From a virus (Duplodnaviria > Caudoviricetes), in IMG/VR virus record IMGVR_UViG_3300044568_005649, positions 1-52,193 of that record: a stretch of DNA of 52,193 nt. The stretch is one strand, 5' to 3'. The notes beneath the pieces are model-generated. The model was not told the origin of the DNA and did no database searches. It saw nothing but the letters and a program-made list of their open reading frames with translations. Shown in pieces: positions 1 to 6,194 of this stretch (positions are counted from its first letter, which is position 1; each line of letters starts with the position of its first letter). The translations under genes and the position numbers were made by a program.

Positions 1-281
1 GCGTCCCCTGCGGCGGCGCGTGCCGCGGCCCCTGCGGCGGCCCCTGCGGCGGCCCGTGCGGCGGCCCCTGCGGCGGCCCCTGCGGCGGCCCCTGCGGCGT
101 CCCATGCGGCGGCCCGTGCGGCGGCCCATGCGGCGTTCCCTGCGGCGGCCCGTGCGGCGGCCCATGCGGCGTTCCCTGCGGCGTTCCCTGCGGCGGCCCC
201 TGCGGCGTACCCTGCGGCGTTCCCTGCGGCGGCCCCTGCGGCGTACCCTGCGGCGTACCGTGCGGCGTACCCTGCGGCGTC
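1..281. repeat. Imperfect 12-bp tandem repeat (about 23 units, tgcggcggcccc consensus) encoding [A/D/N/Y]-A-A-[G/R/W] on the minus strand
   Basis: Periodicity directly visible, e.g. tgcggcggcccc/tgcggcgttccc/tgcggcgtaccc. Confidence 0.95.
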
Positions 282-710
282 CACGACACCCCTTGCACTC
301 GTCGACGTCGCGCGCCCGACTACTTCGGGCAGCGCACGCAGCGCCTCGGCGTGCGAAGCCAGCGACGTCACAAGGTCGAGCCACGCAGGCGCATGTACAC
401 GGATGAGCCAGTCGAGCGCGAGGTATGCGCGCCGCTCCTCAGTCGCCGGGTCACCACGCGAGCCGACGAGGCGCGGCACCCACACCGCCGCAGGGAGCAG
501 ACGGTCACGGTCAGCGTCCGATAGCGCGTCGGTCCACGAGCGCAGGAACGCCGACACGACGGGAGACGCGCACGCAGGGCTGTCGCTCCACGGCTCACCA
601 GCGATGTACGCCACCGCCTCCATGATGCAGAGGTCACGGTCGCCTGAAGGCGCGTCAGTGCGTGGGTGCTTCCCGACGCCGAACAAAACAGTAGATAGAT
701 CCATGGTCAT
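1..710 (-). CDS. Phage protein with C-terminal Ala-rich tetrapeptide repeats (3' end runs off the window; missed by the ORF track)
   Basis: Manual translation from ATG at 710: MTMDLSTVLFGVGKHPRTDAPSGDRDLCIMEAVAYIAGEPWSDSPACASPVVSAFLRSWTDALSDADRDRLL...LALDWLIRVHAPAWL...DAAGYAARYAAGYAAGAAAGNAAG, open to base 1; ATGA overlap with the upstream stop; GAGGAG RBS. Confidence 0.85.
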   Translation of the reverse strand, partial: MTMDLSTVLFGVGKHPRTDAPSGDRDLCIMEAVAYIAGEPWSDSPACASPVVSAFLRSWTDALSDADRDRLLPAAVWVPRLVGSRGDPATEERRAYLALDWLIRVHAPAWLDLVTSLASHAEALRALPEVVGRATSTSARGVVDAAGYAARYAAGYAAGAAAGNAAGYAAGAAAGNAAGNAAWAAARAAAGNAAWAAARAAAWDAAGAAAGAAAGAAARAAAGAAAGAAARAAAGD

Positions 711-1057
711 TCTTTCTCCTCGCGGCGGTGCTCGCCGCGTTCGATGGTGTCAACAACGGCGTCGAAAACTTGAGATACCCCCAACGGCAGACTTGCTTCG
801 GCCAGCACTTCGCGCAACCACGCCACCACGTTCTGGCGCTCCTCGGTCTTGCCTGTTTCGTAGCCTGTCAGTAAGTTGTCAGCACAACTTTCCCGATGCC
901 TGAGTAACCCCTCGATCTTCTTCTCACTTTCCCGAAGTTCCATTTGAGGCCGATTTAAAGCAGCCCACGCCCATTTTTTTGCATCTTCAAGACCTCTATC
1001 TTCGGTTATCTCTGCAAATGTTTCATAGAATTCTTTTTCATCTACATCCCAACTCAT
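707..1057 (-). CDS. Hypothetical phage protein with C-terminal ERxxVVxWLR...GEHRREE domain
   Basis: MSWDVDEKEFY...EERQNVVAWLRE...IERGEHRREEKE; ATG at 1057 overlaps the previous stop (ATGA). Confidence 0.75.
   Translation of the reverse strand: MSWDVDEKEFYETFAEITEDRGLEDAKKWAWAALNRPQMELRESEKKIEGLLRHRESCADNLLTGYETGKTEERQNVVAWLREVLAEASLPLGVSQVFDAVVDTIERGEHRREEKE
715..744 (-). repeat. Gene-junction repeat copy 1 (GGCGAGCACCGCCGCGAGGAGA)
   Basis: tctcctcgcggcggtgctcgccgc also at 1430-1453 and, with 1 mismatch, at 1813-1836. Confidence 0.9.
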
Positions 1058-1425
1058 GGCGCACTCTCCAACGCATAGATGAGGGCTTCGGCCTCGGTCT
1101 TGCCCTCCCCCACCGGCATCCAACGCACCGTCTCGACCGCGCGCCAGCCGACGATGTTGTGGCCCTGACAGCCCACCTCGTCCTCGTCGTAGTCGGGGGA
1201 GGTGACGACTACACACCCCCACGCCTCTCGCACCAGTGTGAGCAAACACCCCCGCGTGGCGGAGTCGGTCAGGTCGGGGAGTGCGGTGGTAGACGCCCAA
1301 GCGTCAGGCATCCCCACACGCACGCGTCGCCCGTCGTGCTCAAAGTGCGCCAGCATCCCCGGCATCCACCGCCACTTCGGGCAGGCGACGGCGCGGCGGG
1401 AGAGGGCGATCATCTCGTCGGTCAT
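1054..1425 (-). CDS. Hypothetical phage protein (WRWMPGML...LPDLTDSATRGCLL...EAEALIYALE)
   Basis: ATG at 1425 follows the GAGGAG RBS of the junction repeat; plausible composition. Confidence 0.75.
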   Translation of the reverse strand: MTDEMIALSRRAVACPKWRWMPGMLAHFEHDGRRVRVGMPDAWASTTALPDLTDSATRGCLLTLVREAWGCVVVTSPDYDEDEVGCQGHNIVGWRAVETVRWMPVGEGKTEAEALIYALESAP

Positions 1426-1551
1426 TCCGTCTCCTCGCGGCGGTGCTCGCCGCTCTTGATTCGATCCGCACAGTGCGACATCCACGGATCGCCACCCGCC
1501 CCGGCTGACGGCGTACTTACAGGAGTTGGAGCCGCAGTCAGGCATGGTCAT
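1422..1551 (-). pseudogene. Chimeric gene remnant: Cys-rich start (MTMPDCGSNSCKYAVSRGG) joined out of frame to a GEHRREE end (WMSHCADRIKSGEHRREETE*)
   Basis: ATG at 1551 is coupled to the upstream stop; the GEHRREETE-stop tail at 1422 lies in a different frame. Confidence 0.5.
1430..1453 (-). repeat. Gene-junction repeat copy 2
   Basis: Exact 24-bp match to 715-738. Confidence 0.9.
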
Positions 1552-1805
1552 GGGTTTTCCATCTCAGCCTTACGTTTCAGGATATTCTCTCGCTTCTTCT
1601 TGAGTGATTGAAGGTTTGAGCGGCAATTCTTCACGCTCATTAGAGCGCAATTAAGTCTGAACTCTTCCTCACGAATATCATCCTCGCAGACTCTCAAGAG
1701 AGTCGGTATGTTTTCCTTGAGAAAAGGTGTGTCTTTTGGAATCTTGGATTGAGAGACTCGTTCCTCACGCCATTCCTCAATTGTCTCTCGGCTAAAGTTT
1801 GGCAT
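1548..1805 (-). CDS. Hypothetical AT-rich coiled-coil protein (MPNFSRETIEEW...)
   Basis: ATG at 1805 after the junction-repeat RBS; TGATG overlap; lower GC than neighbours. Confidence 0.7.
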   Translation of the reverse strand: MPNFSRETIEEWREERVSQSKIPKDTPFLKENIPTLLRVCEDDIREEEFRLNCALMSVKNCRSNLQSLKKKRENILKRKAEMENP

Positions 1806-2284
1806 CAGGTTGTCTCCTCGCGGCGGTGCCCGCCGCGTTCGACTTGGTTGGAAGCCCACGCCAACAGGCGTTTCGCGTCGGGCGACACACCCGCAACTCG
1901 GCTCTCCGCGCGAAGCCACTCCACCACGGCGGCACGCTCGTCCTTTGTCCCCTTGTCGGCCGCCTTGTGCAGCGACACGCCGAGGGCACGGGCCGACTCA
2001 ACCTGATTCCGGCAGGCGGCGATCTCCACGCGGATCTTGTCGTTGTCGCCCTGCTCTTGCAGATACGCGTGGGCGAGCGAGTCGGCCCGCTTGCGCTGGG
2101 CCGCAAGCGCCGCCCGCGCCTCATCCCGCTCGGCTTCGGCCGTGGCGGCTCGGGTGAGGGCGGTGTCGAGGTCGGCCGCAGCCTCGCGGTAGTGCGACAG
2201 GAGCGCCGCGTGCTCGGCCTCAACCTCACCGACGCGAGCCCGCAGCCCGGCGATGGTGGCGGTGAGGTCTTCAGCGATCAGCAT
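1805..2284 (-). CDS. Coiled-coil hypothetical protein with C-terminal ERAAVVEWLR...GGHRREE domain
   Basis: MLIAEDLTATIAGLRARV... with GGAG RBS; C-terminus paralogous to 707..1057. Confidence 0.75.
   Translation of the reverse strand: MLIAEDLTATIAGLRARVGEVEAEHAALLSHYREAAADLDTALTRAATAEAERDEARAALAAQRKRADSLAHAYLQEQGDNDKIRVEIAACRNQVESARALGVSLHKAADKGTKDERAAVVEWLRAESRVAGVSPDAKRLLAWASNQVERGGHRREETT
1813..1842 (-). repeat. Gene-junction repeat copy 3
   Basis: 29/30 identity to 715-744. Confidence 0.9.
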
Positions 2285-2294
2285 TAGTGTCTCC

Positions 2295-2366
2295 AGTGTC
2301 GAGGTTGCCCGCGCGCTGGAGCTGGAGGACCTCGCCCTCGGCCATCGCGGTGACGGCGGCGGCGAG
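2295..2366 (-). other. 72-bp fragment resembling an internal piece of a bacterial polyprenyl diphosphate synthase (ispB-like)
   Basis: Translates LAAAVTAMAEGEVLQLQRAGNLDT; AEGEVLQL is the conserved IspB motif preceding the KT motif; lies between two phage genes. Confidence 0.5.
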
Positions 2367-2370
2367 GGGG

Positions 2371-2736
2371 TCACGACCCACCCCCAGCCGCGAGCACCAG
2401 CAGCATCGCCAGCACCGCCGTCGAGGTCCGCCCCTTCGGCCGAGGCTTCGACGCACGCTCCGCTTCGATGCGGGCCCGCACCGCTTCCGCCTCAGCCGCC
2501 CGCGCGGGCCGCGCGGCCGCCCATCGCGCGTACTCCTCCCGACGGCGGGCCTCCCCCGCGCGGTCCTCCTCCGCACGACGGGCGGTCTCGGCCTCACGGG
2601 CGGCTACGCGCGCCTCGTCCAACCGGCGGAGGTCCTCGACGCGCGCCCCCTCGCGGCGGGCTCGCTCGGCCTTGCGGGCGTCGTAGGCGGCGCGGTCACG
2701 GAGGGCGCGCTCGGCTCGGGTGAGAGGGGCGCTCAC
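2371..2736 (-). CDS. Charged Ala/Arg/Glu-rich helical protein with hydrophobic C-terminus
   Basis: MSAPLTRAERALRDRAAYDARKAERARRE...AVLAMLLVLAAGGGS; GTGA overlap. Confidence 0.65.
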   Translation of the reverse strand: MSAPLTRAERALRDRAAYDARKAERARREGARVEDLRRLDEARVAAREAETARRAEEDRAGEARRREEYARWAAARPARAAEAEAVRARIEAERASKPRPKGRTSTAVLAMLLVLAAGGGS

Positions 2737-2813
2737 GACGACCCCCCAGCCTTGATCGCGTCGTCGGCTGCGAGTCGTGTGTTGATGCAGGCGTATCCAA
2801 GTCGTTGAGGCAT
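2733..2813 (-). pseudogene. Truncated UV-damage endonuclease (UvsE/UvdE-like) N-terminus, 26 aa
   Basis: MPQRLGYACINTRLAADDAIKAGGSS*; RLGYACIN is the typical UvsE N-terminal motif; AGGAG RBS and AT-rich promoter-like region upstream. Confidence 0.55.
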
Positions 2814-2818
2814 TTGAT

Positions 2819-2875
2819 CTCCTGCCTCTAATATAATTACTTTATTATGGCATTGACATATTTATTATTGACTTT
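2819..2875 (-). promoter_or_regulatory. AT-rich candidate early promoter plus RBS (TAATAAAG..TTATATTA..AGGCAGGAG) with two GTCAAT direct repeats upstream
   Basis: AT island in GC-rich DNA, just downstream of a terminator; near-copy at 6134-6162. Confidence 0.6.
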
Positions 2876-2941
2876 GTCCTGACAAACGTCGCCCTCTCTA
2901 GTCGTCGCCTTGCAGGATGGCGTCACGCGTCGCTTGACGGT

Positions 2942-2974
2942 AAAAAGAAAACGGCCACCCGTGTGGGTGGCCGT
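2942..2974 (-). terminator. Rho-independent terminator
   Basis: ACGGCCACCC-ACAC-GGGTGGCCGT perfect 10-bp stem followed by TTTCTTTTT on the minus strand. Confidence 0.9.
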
Positions 2975-2994
2975 CTGTGTTGATCCCGTCAGGC

Positions 2995-3210
2995 TCAGCC
3001 GAGGATCTGGTCGACCTCGTGCCTCTTCAGGATGCCGCGGCTCGCCAGGATCGCGACGAGGGCAGCGAGGCCCTTGGCGGTCGGGGCGGCCTTGACAGCG
3101 GTGAGAGCCGGAGGGTCGGCCTTGGCCGCGTGAGTCTCGACGGAAGTGTCCACGTGTGTCTCGACGGAAGTGTCCACGGTGGACCCCTTCTTCGGTGTGA
3201 ATGATGCCAT
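2995..3210 (-). CDS. Small hypothetical protein (71 aa) with VDTSVETH duplication
   Basis: Strong GC3 codon bias; last gene before the terminator. Confidence 0.75.
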   Translation of the reverse strand: MASFTPKKGSTVDTSVETHVDTSVETHAAKADPPALTAVKAAPTAKGLAALVAILASRGILKRHEVDQILG

Positions 3211-3255
3211 GTTGTGAGCTTCCTTGTTCTTGGTGCAGCCCTTCAGCGAGGGCTA

Positions 3256-3690
3256 TTAGGCGAGCGTAGCGCCGTTGTTGGAGATGATGGCCCACTTGGT
3301 GCCGTTATACACAAGGGCCACGGTGTCACCCACGGAGTTGAATGTGAGAGTGATGCCGCCCTCGAGGGCAGTGGGTGTGAGCGTAGCGTCCCCAACTCTG
3401 GCGCGCAAGGTGATCACCTTGATCTGGCCCGTGGCACCGTTAGCAAGCGTGAGGGCATTCGCGCCCGTGGTGTCGAGGATCGTGGTCGTCGTGGTCAAGC
3501 TCACGGCGCCCGCACCCGTCAGAGAGTTGACGCTGGTGAGAAGGGCACCCGTGAGGGTGGTGTTGCCAGAGAGGGCGATGTTGCCAGTGAGGGAGGTGGT
3601 GCCAGAGACGGTGAGGTTGGACGCGATCTCGACGCCGTTGCCGGTTGACTGGACAAGACCGCGATCGTTGGTGATTGTGACCTTGGGCAT
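3256..3690 (-). CDS. Probable virion structural (decoration/fibre-like) beta protein
   Basis: MPKVTITNDRGLVQSTG...TLANGATGQIKVITL...VYNGTKWAIIS; Thr/Gly-rich; late-promoter-like motif upstream. Confidence 0.7.
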   Translation of the reverse strand: MPKVTITNDRGLVQSTGNGVEIASNLTVSGTTSLTGNIALSGNTTLTGALLTSVNSLTGAGAVSLTTTTTILDTTGANALTLANGATGQIKVITLRARVGDATLTPTALEGGITLTFNSVGDTVALVYNGTKWAIISNNGATLA

Positions 3691-3707
3691 TGCTTTCCTG
3701 TTTCCCA

Positions 3708-3755
3708 TGCTTCCAGACTGCTGGGGATGTCAGCGTAAGAGTCTGGGCTTAAGCA
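3708..3755 (-). promoter_or_regulatory. Structured 5' leader (nested stem-loop) between late-promoter motif and gene 3256..3690
   Basis: TGCTT..CCAGACT..GCTG-ACATCCC-CAGC-AGTCTGG-AAGCA pairing visible by eye. Confidence 0.5.
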
Positions 3756-3756
3756 G

Positions 3757-3763
3757 TACCTAT
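3757..3763 (-). promoter_or_regulatory. Candidate late promoter ATAGGTA
   Basis: Member of the recurring [A/C]TANNTA motif upstream of structural genes. Confidence 0.45.
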
Positions 3764-3785
3764 GCCCCTCTCGCACCTCCTGCCG

Positions 3786-3947
3786 TCATCCCGCCGTCTG
3801 TCTTAGGAAAGGCCACCGGCCAGCGCCGTTGCGTCGCAGAAACGCGTCAGAGATCGACCATGGGTATTCATGCCTGCTGCATGTCATGACGATCTGCACT
3901 CCGTCAGCCCCTTCCCAGCGTGAGCTGCTCTGACCTGCGCAGTGCAT
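3786..3947 (-). CDS. Possible 53-aa hypothetical protein
   Basis: MHCAGQSSSRWEGADGVQIV...; TGATG coupling to the upstream gene; below the ORF-track cutoff. Confidence 0.3.
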   Translation of the reverse strand: MHCAGQSSSRWEGADGVQIVMTCSRHEYPWSISDAFLRRNGAGRWPFLRQTAG

Positions 3948-4204
3948 CACAGGAGCTCCACGTCGTCATCGTGGACCCAGATGTACATCGGCGTGCTGTC
4001 AACCAGAACGTAGACGACACACGCATCTCCCCAAGGCACTACTGAGGCTGATCGCCCAACTACACACTTGGCTTCTGACGCAGAACGCAGCAAGAGGCAG
4101 ATCCTGTTAAATCGCCCGTCCCAGCCTCCGTCATAAAAGTAGACCTCACTCTTTAGTAAGATGAGGCCGCCTTGATGAGTGCGAAGCTGGCAAGCAAAAT
4201 TCAC
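3947..4204 (-). CDS. Hypothetical protein, paralog family A copy 1
   Basis: Ends VLVDSTPMYIWVHDDDVELL, similar to 4201..4464 and 4880..5167. Confidence 0.7.
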   Translation of the reverse strand: MNFACQLRTHQGGLILLKSEVYFYDGGWDGRFNRICLLLRSASEAKCVVGRSASVVPWGDACVVYVLVDSTPMYIWVHDDDVELL

Positions 4205-4464
4205 AGGAACACCACACAGCTCTCAGCGACCCAGACCCAGCGGAGATTTCCACTGATCAGCAGCTGGACAGATGCTCCAGGTAGTCCGAGAGACACTCTG
4301 CCGGTGGAACCATCTCGCAGCTGATGGTCTAGCGGCTTCGCGTCAAGCAGGACGCTGACCCTGTCGAGATCATTATCCCATCCCGACCCATCCACCAGCC
4401 AGAAGATGTTTGGCACTCTAACCAGGCTGCCGACACGTGCTTGAAGCTTTTCGTGCAGGCGCAT
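4201..4464 (-). CDS. Hypothetical protein, paralog family A copy 2
   Basis: MRLHEKLQARVGSLVRV...LLISGNLRWVWVAESCVVFL; GGAGG RBS before ATG 4464. Confidence 0.7.
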   Translation of the reverse strand: MRLHEKLQARVGSLVRVPNIFWLVDGSGWDNDLDRVSVLLDAKPLDHQLRDGSTGRVSLGLPGASVQLLISGNLRWVWVAESCVVFL

Positions 4465-4495
4465 CGGTCCTCCCCCCTCATCTTCTAGGGCCCAT

Positions 4496-4870
4496 TCACA
4501 CAGTCTTCTGACGTCGCAGTCTGAGCTCCTCGATGCACGGCTCACACCGAGTCACAAGCCAGAACTTTCCTGAGGTGATGGCTGGCTTCCCACACGTGTC
4601 ACAGATGTGGAAAGACGCCTTCTCCACCTCATTGATCGCCGCGCGGATCTCCTCGGTGGTCTGGCCCACGTAGAACCGAAGCCCTCCGAACTTCTCCTTC
4701 ACCTGGTGGACGCGCGTGTCGGGGTTCCTCTCGGCAATGAACACCAGAAGATCTTTCAGCAGAGAGTGCCACCCAGCGTCCACATCGAAGCTGATGCATT
4801 CCGCGTAGCACTCATCTGACAGGATGCCACGGAGCTCCTCAGGCAGATCTTGATTGCTCATTCGACTCAT
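4496..4870 (-). CDS. Conserved phage hypothetical protein (QVKEKFGGLRFY family) with C-terminal Zn ribbon
   Basis: GWHSLL...HQVKEKFGGLRFY...ICDTCGKP...TRCEPC. Confidence 0.8.
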   Translation of the reverse strand: MSRMSNQDLPEELRGILSDECYAECISFDVDAGWHSLLKDLLVFIAERNPDTRVHQVKEKFGGLRFYVGQTTEEIRAAINEVEKASFHICDTCGKPAITSGKFWLVTRCEPCIEELRLRRQKTV

Positions 4871-4879
4871 TGTTTCTCC

Positions 4880-5167
4880 CTACAGGAATTCCACATAGCT
4901 TTCAGTGATCCACACCCAGTGTGGCGCACCATCGATCAGAAGCAGGGCATCAACCGTAGCTCCGCAATCTGCACGGAGAACTGTGGTCTGGTAGGCGCAA
5001 GGGTGTGGTACGTCACACTTTCCGTGACGGACGTCTAAAATGATGCAGGTCTGTTCGTGTCTGTCATCTCGACCGCGGCCCCCAAACCAGTAAAGCTCCC
5101 TGTGCAAGCGAATGAGACGATGCTTGTGACTCTGAAGTCGTTCAGAGAAAGTCTGTGTGCGTCTCAT
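4880..5167 (-). CDS. Hypothetical protein, paralog family A copy 3
   Basis: MRRTQTFSERLQSHKHRLIRLHRELYWFGGRG...LLIDGAPHWVWITESYVEFL. Confidence 0.7.
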   Translation of the reverse strand: MRRTQTFSERLQSHKHRLIRLHRELYWFGGRGRDDRHEQTCIILDVRHGKCDVPHPCAYQTTVLRADCGATVDALLLIDGAPHWVWITESYVEFL

Positions 5168-5492
5168 CCTGCTTTGCCTCTGTGAGCACGTCAATGTCTC
5201 CCGCATCACACCAGAGGTCAGAATCCTCGACAGTACTTCCCTGCCCGAGGATAATCTCGAGTTGACAGCCCTCAGGTGTCTCTGGGTCGCTGGGATCGTA
5301 GATGATCTGCAGTCCCGTTTGGTCTCCATTCTCATCGTACTCGACCCACGAGTATTCCACCGTGGTGAAGAGGGGTTCAACGGATGAGTAGAATGACGAC
5401 GTCCTGAAGTAGAAGATCTCCTGGTCGTGATCAGGCCTCTTCTCAGCGAAGGTGTGGAGGGTGAGAGTGCGAGGCATCTTGATCTTCTCCAA
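5142..5492 (-). CDS. Acidic hypothetical protein
   Basis: Open 116-aa frame that fits the minus-strand gene tiling. Confidence 0.7.
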   Translation of the reverse strand: MEKIKMPRTLTLHTFAEKRPDHDQEIFYFRTSSFYSSVEPLFTTVEYSWVEYDENGDQTGLQIIYDPSDPETPEGCQLEIILGQGSTVEDSDLWCDAGDIDVLTEAKQDETHTDFL

Positions 5493-5495
5493 TTG

Positions 5496-5738
5496 TCATG
5501 TGTTGAGCGGCTCATCGCACGCCACGCTTTCGAAGAGGAGCGAATTATTCCATGTCAAACGAACGACCACACCTGACACCAGGATCGACTCGTTGCCGTC
5601 CCTGTCTAAGACGGGAATGACGCACGTTCCTTTTGGGACCGTGGAGTATGCAGGCTGTCCCTCGTGAGTTCCTGTCAGGCGCAGGTCCCAGTTGAGGATG
5701 TACAGCTTTCCAGCTTCTAGACTTGTGTGCTCACTCAT
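5496..5738 (-). CDS. Hypothetical protein
   Basis: 80-aa frame that fits the tiling. Confidence 0.6.
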   Translation of the reverse strand: MSEHTSLEAGKLYILNWDLRLTGTHEGQPAYSTVPKGTCVIPVLDRDGNESILVSGVVVRLTWNNSLLFESVACDEPLNT

Positions 5739-5747
5739 CGCTTCTTC

Positions 5748-6125
5748 TCACAGTCCCGTGCTAGTGACCAGGTCCCACGGCCCGTAGGTGCCGTGGTCGA
5801 TTGCCCGCTGCTGGGACTCTTCCCAGGTGTACTGTCGCTCGTTGCCAATATTCTGGATCTGTCCGATCGCGTAGTACAGGAAGGCAGGCATCTCGATGCT
5901 CCTGCCGTTGGAGCTGTCGATCGCCGTCGCACTGTCACGGACGAGGAACGCGTGACCAAACCGGGCTCCGGCGAGGGGACCCTGGCCCTGCACCTCGGCG
6001 TGGACCAGGAGGTACCGGGGTGCCTCCTCCGGGGAGAAGAGGCACAGGTCCATTAGCATCTTGAAGGCTGCCTCGTAGCAGTCCCCTTTGCTGTCGGCGT
6101 TCTTCTTCTTTCTGACGCGTGGCAT
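5748..6125 (-). CDS. Small protein with putative transglutaminase/papain-like Cys-His-Asp triad
   Basis: GDCYEAA...LVH...FGHAFLV...AIDSS; AGGAGG RBS. Confidence 0.65.
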   Translation of the reverse strand: MPRVRKKKNADSKGDCYEAAFKMLMDLCLFSPEEAPRYLLVHAEVQGQGPLAGARFGHAFLVRDSATAIDSSNGRSIEMPAFLYYAIGQIQNIGNERQYTWEESQQRAIDHGTYGPWDLVTSTGL

Positions 6126-6133
6126 GCCTCACC

Positions 6134-6162
6134 CTCCTGCCTAATAATATAATCTTTATTAG
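6134..6162 (-). promoter_or_regulatory. AT-rich candidate early promoter plus RBS, second copy
   Basis: CTAATAAAGATTATATTATTAGGCAGGAG vs ATAATAAAGTAATTATATTAGAGGCAGGAG at 2819-2848. Confidence 0.6.
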
Positions 6163-6194
6163 AGTGGGCGGACACACTTGATGTGCGATGAACC

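Noticed and set aside
1-281. Possible CRISPR array or iteron cluster
   Set aside because: Contiguous 12-bp units with no spacers, in frame within a coding sequence
20-406. Arg-rich protamine-like plus-strand ORF
   Set aside because: Antisense shadow of the Ala-repeat gene; no RBS and against the local gene direction
715-1842. Junction repeats as a CRISPR mini-array or integron attC sites
   Set aside because: Spacing is 380-715 bp and filled with genes; repeats are coding and lack attC R/L box palindromes; no cas or integrase seen
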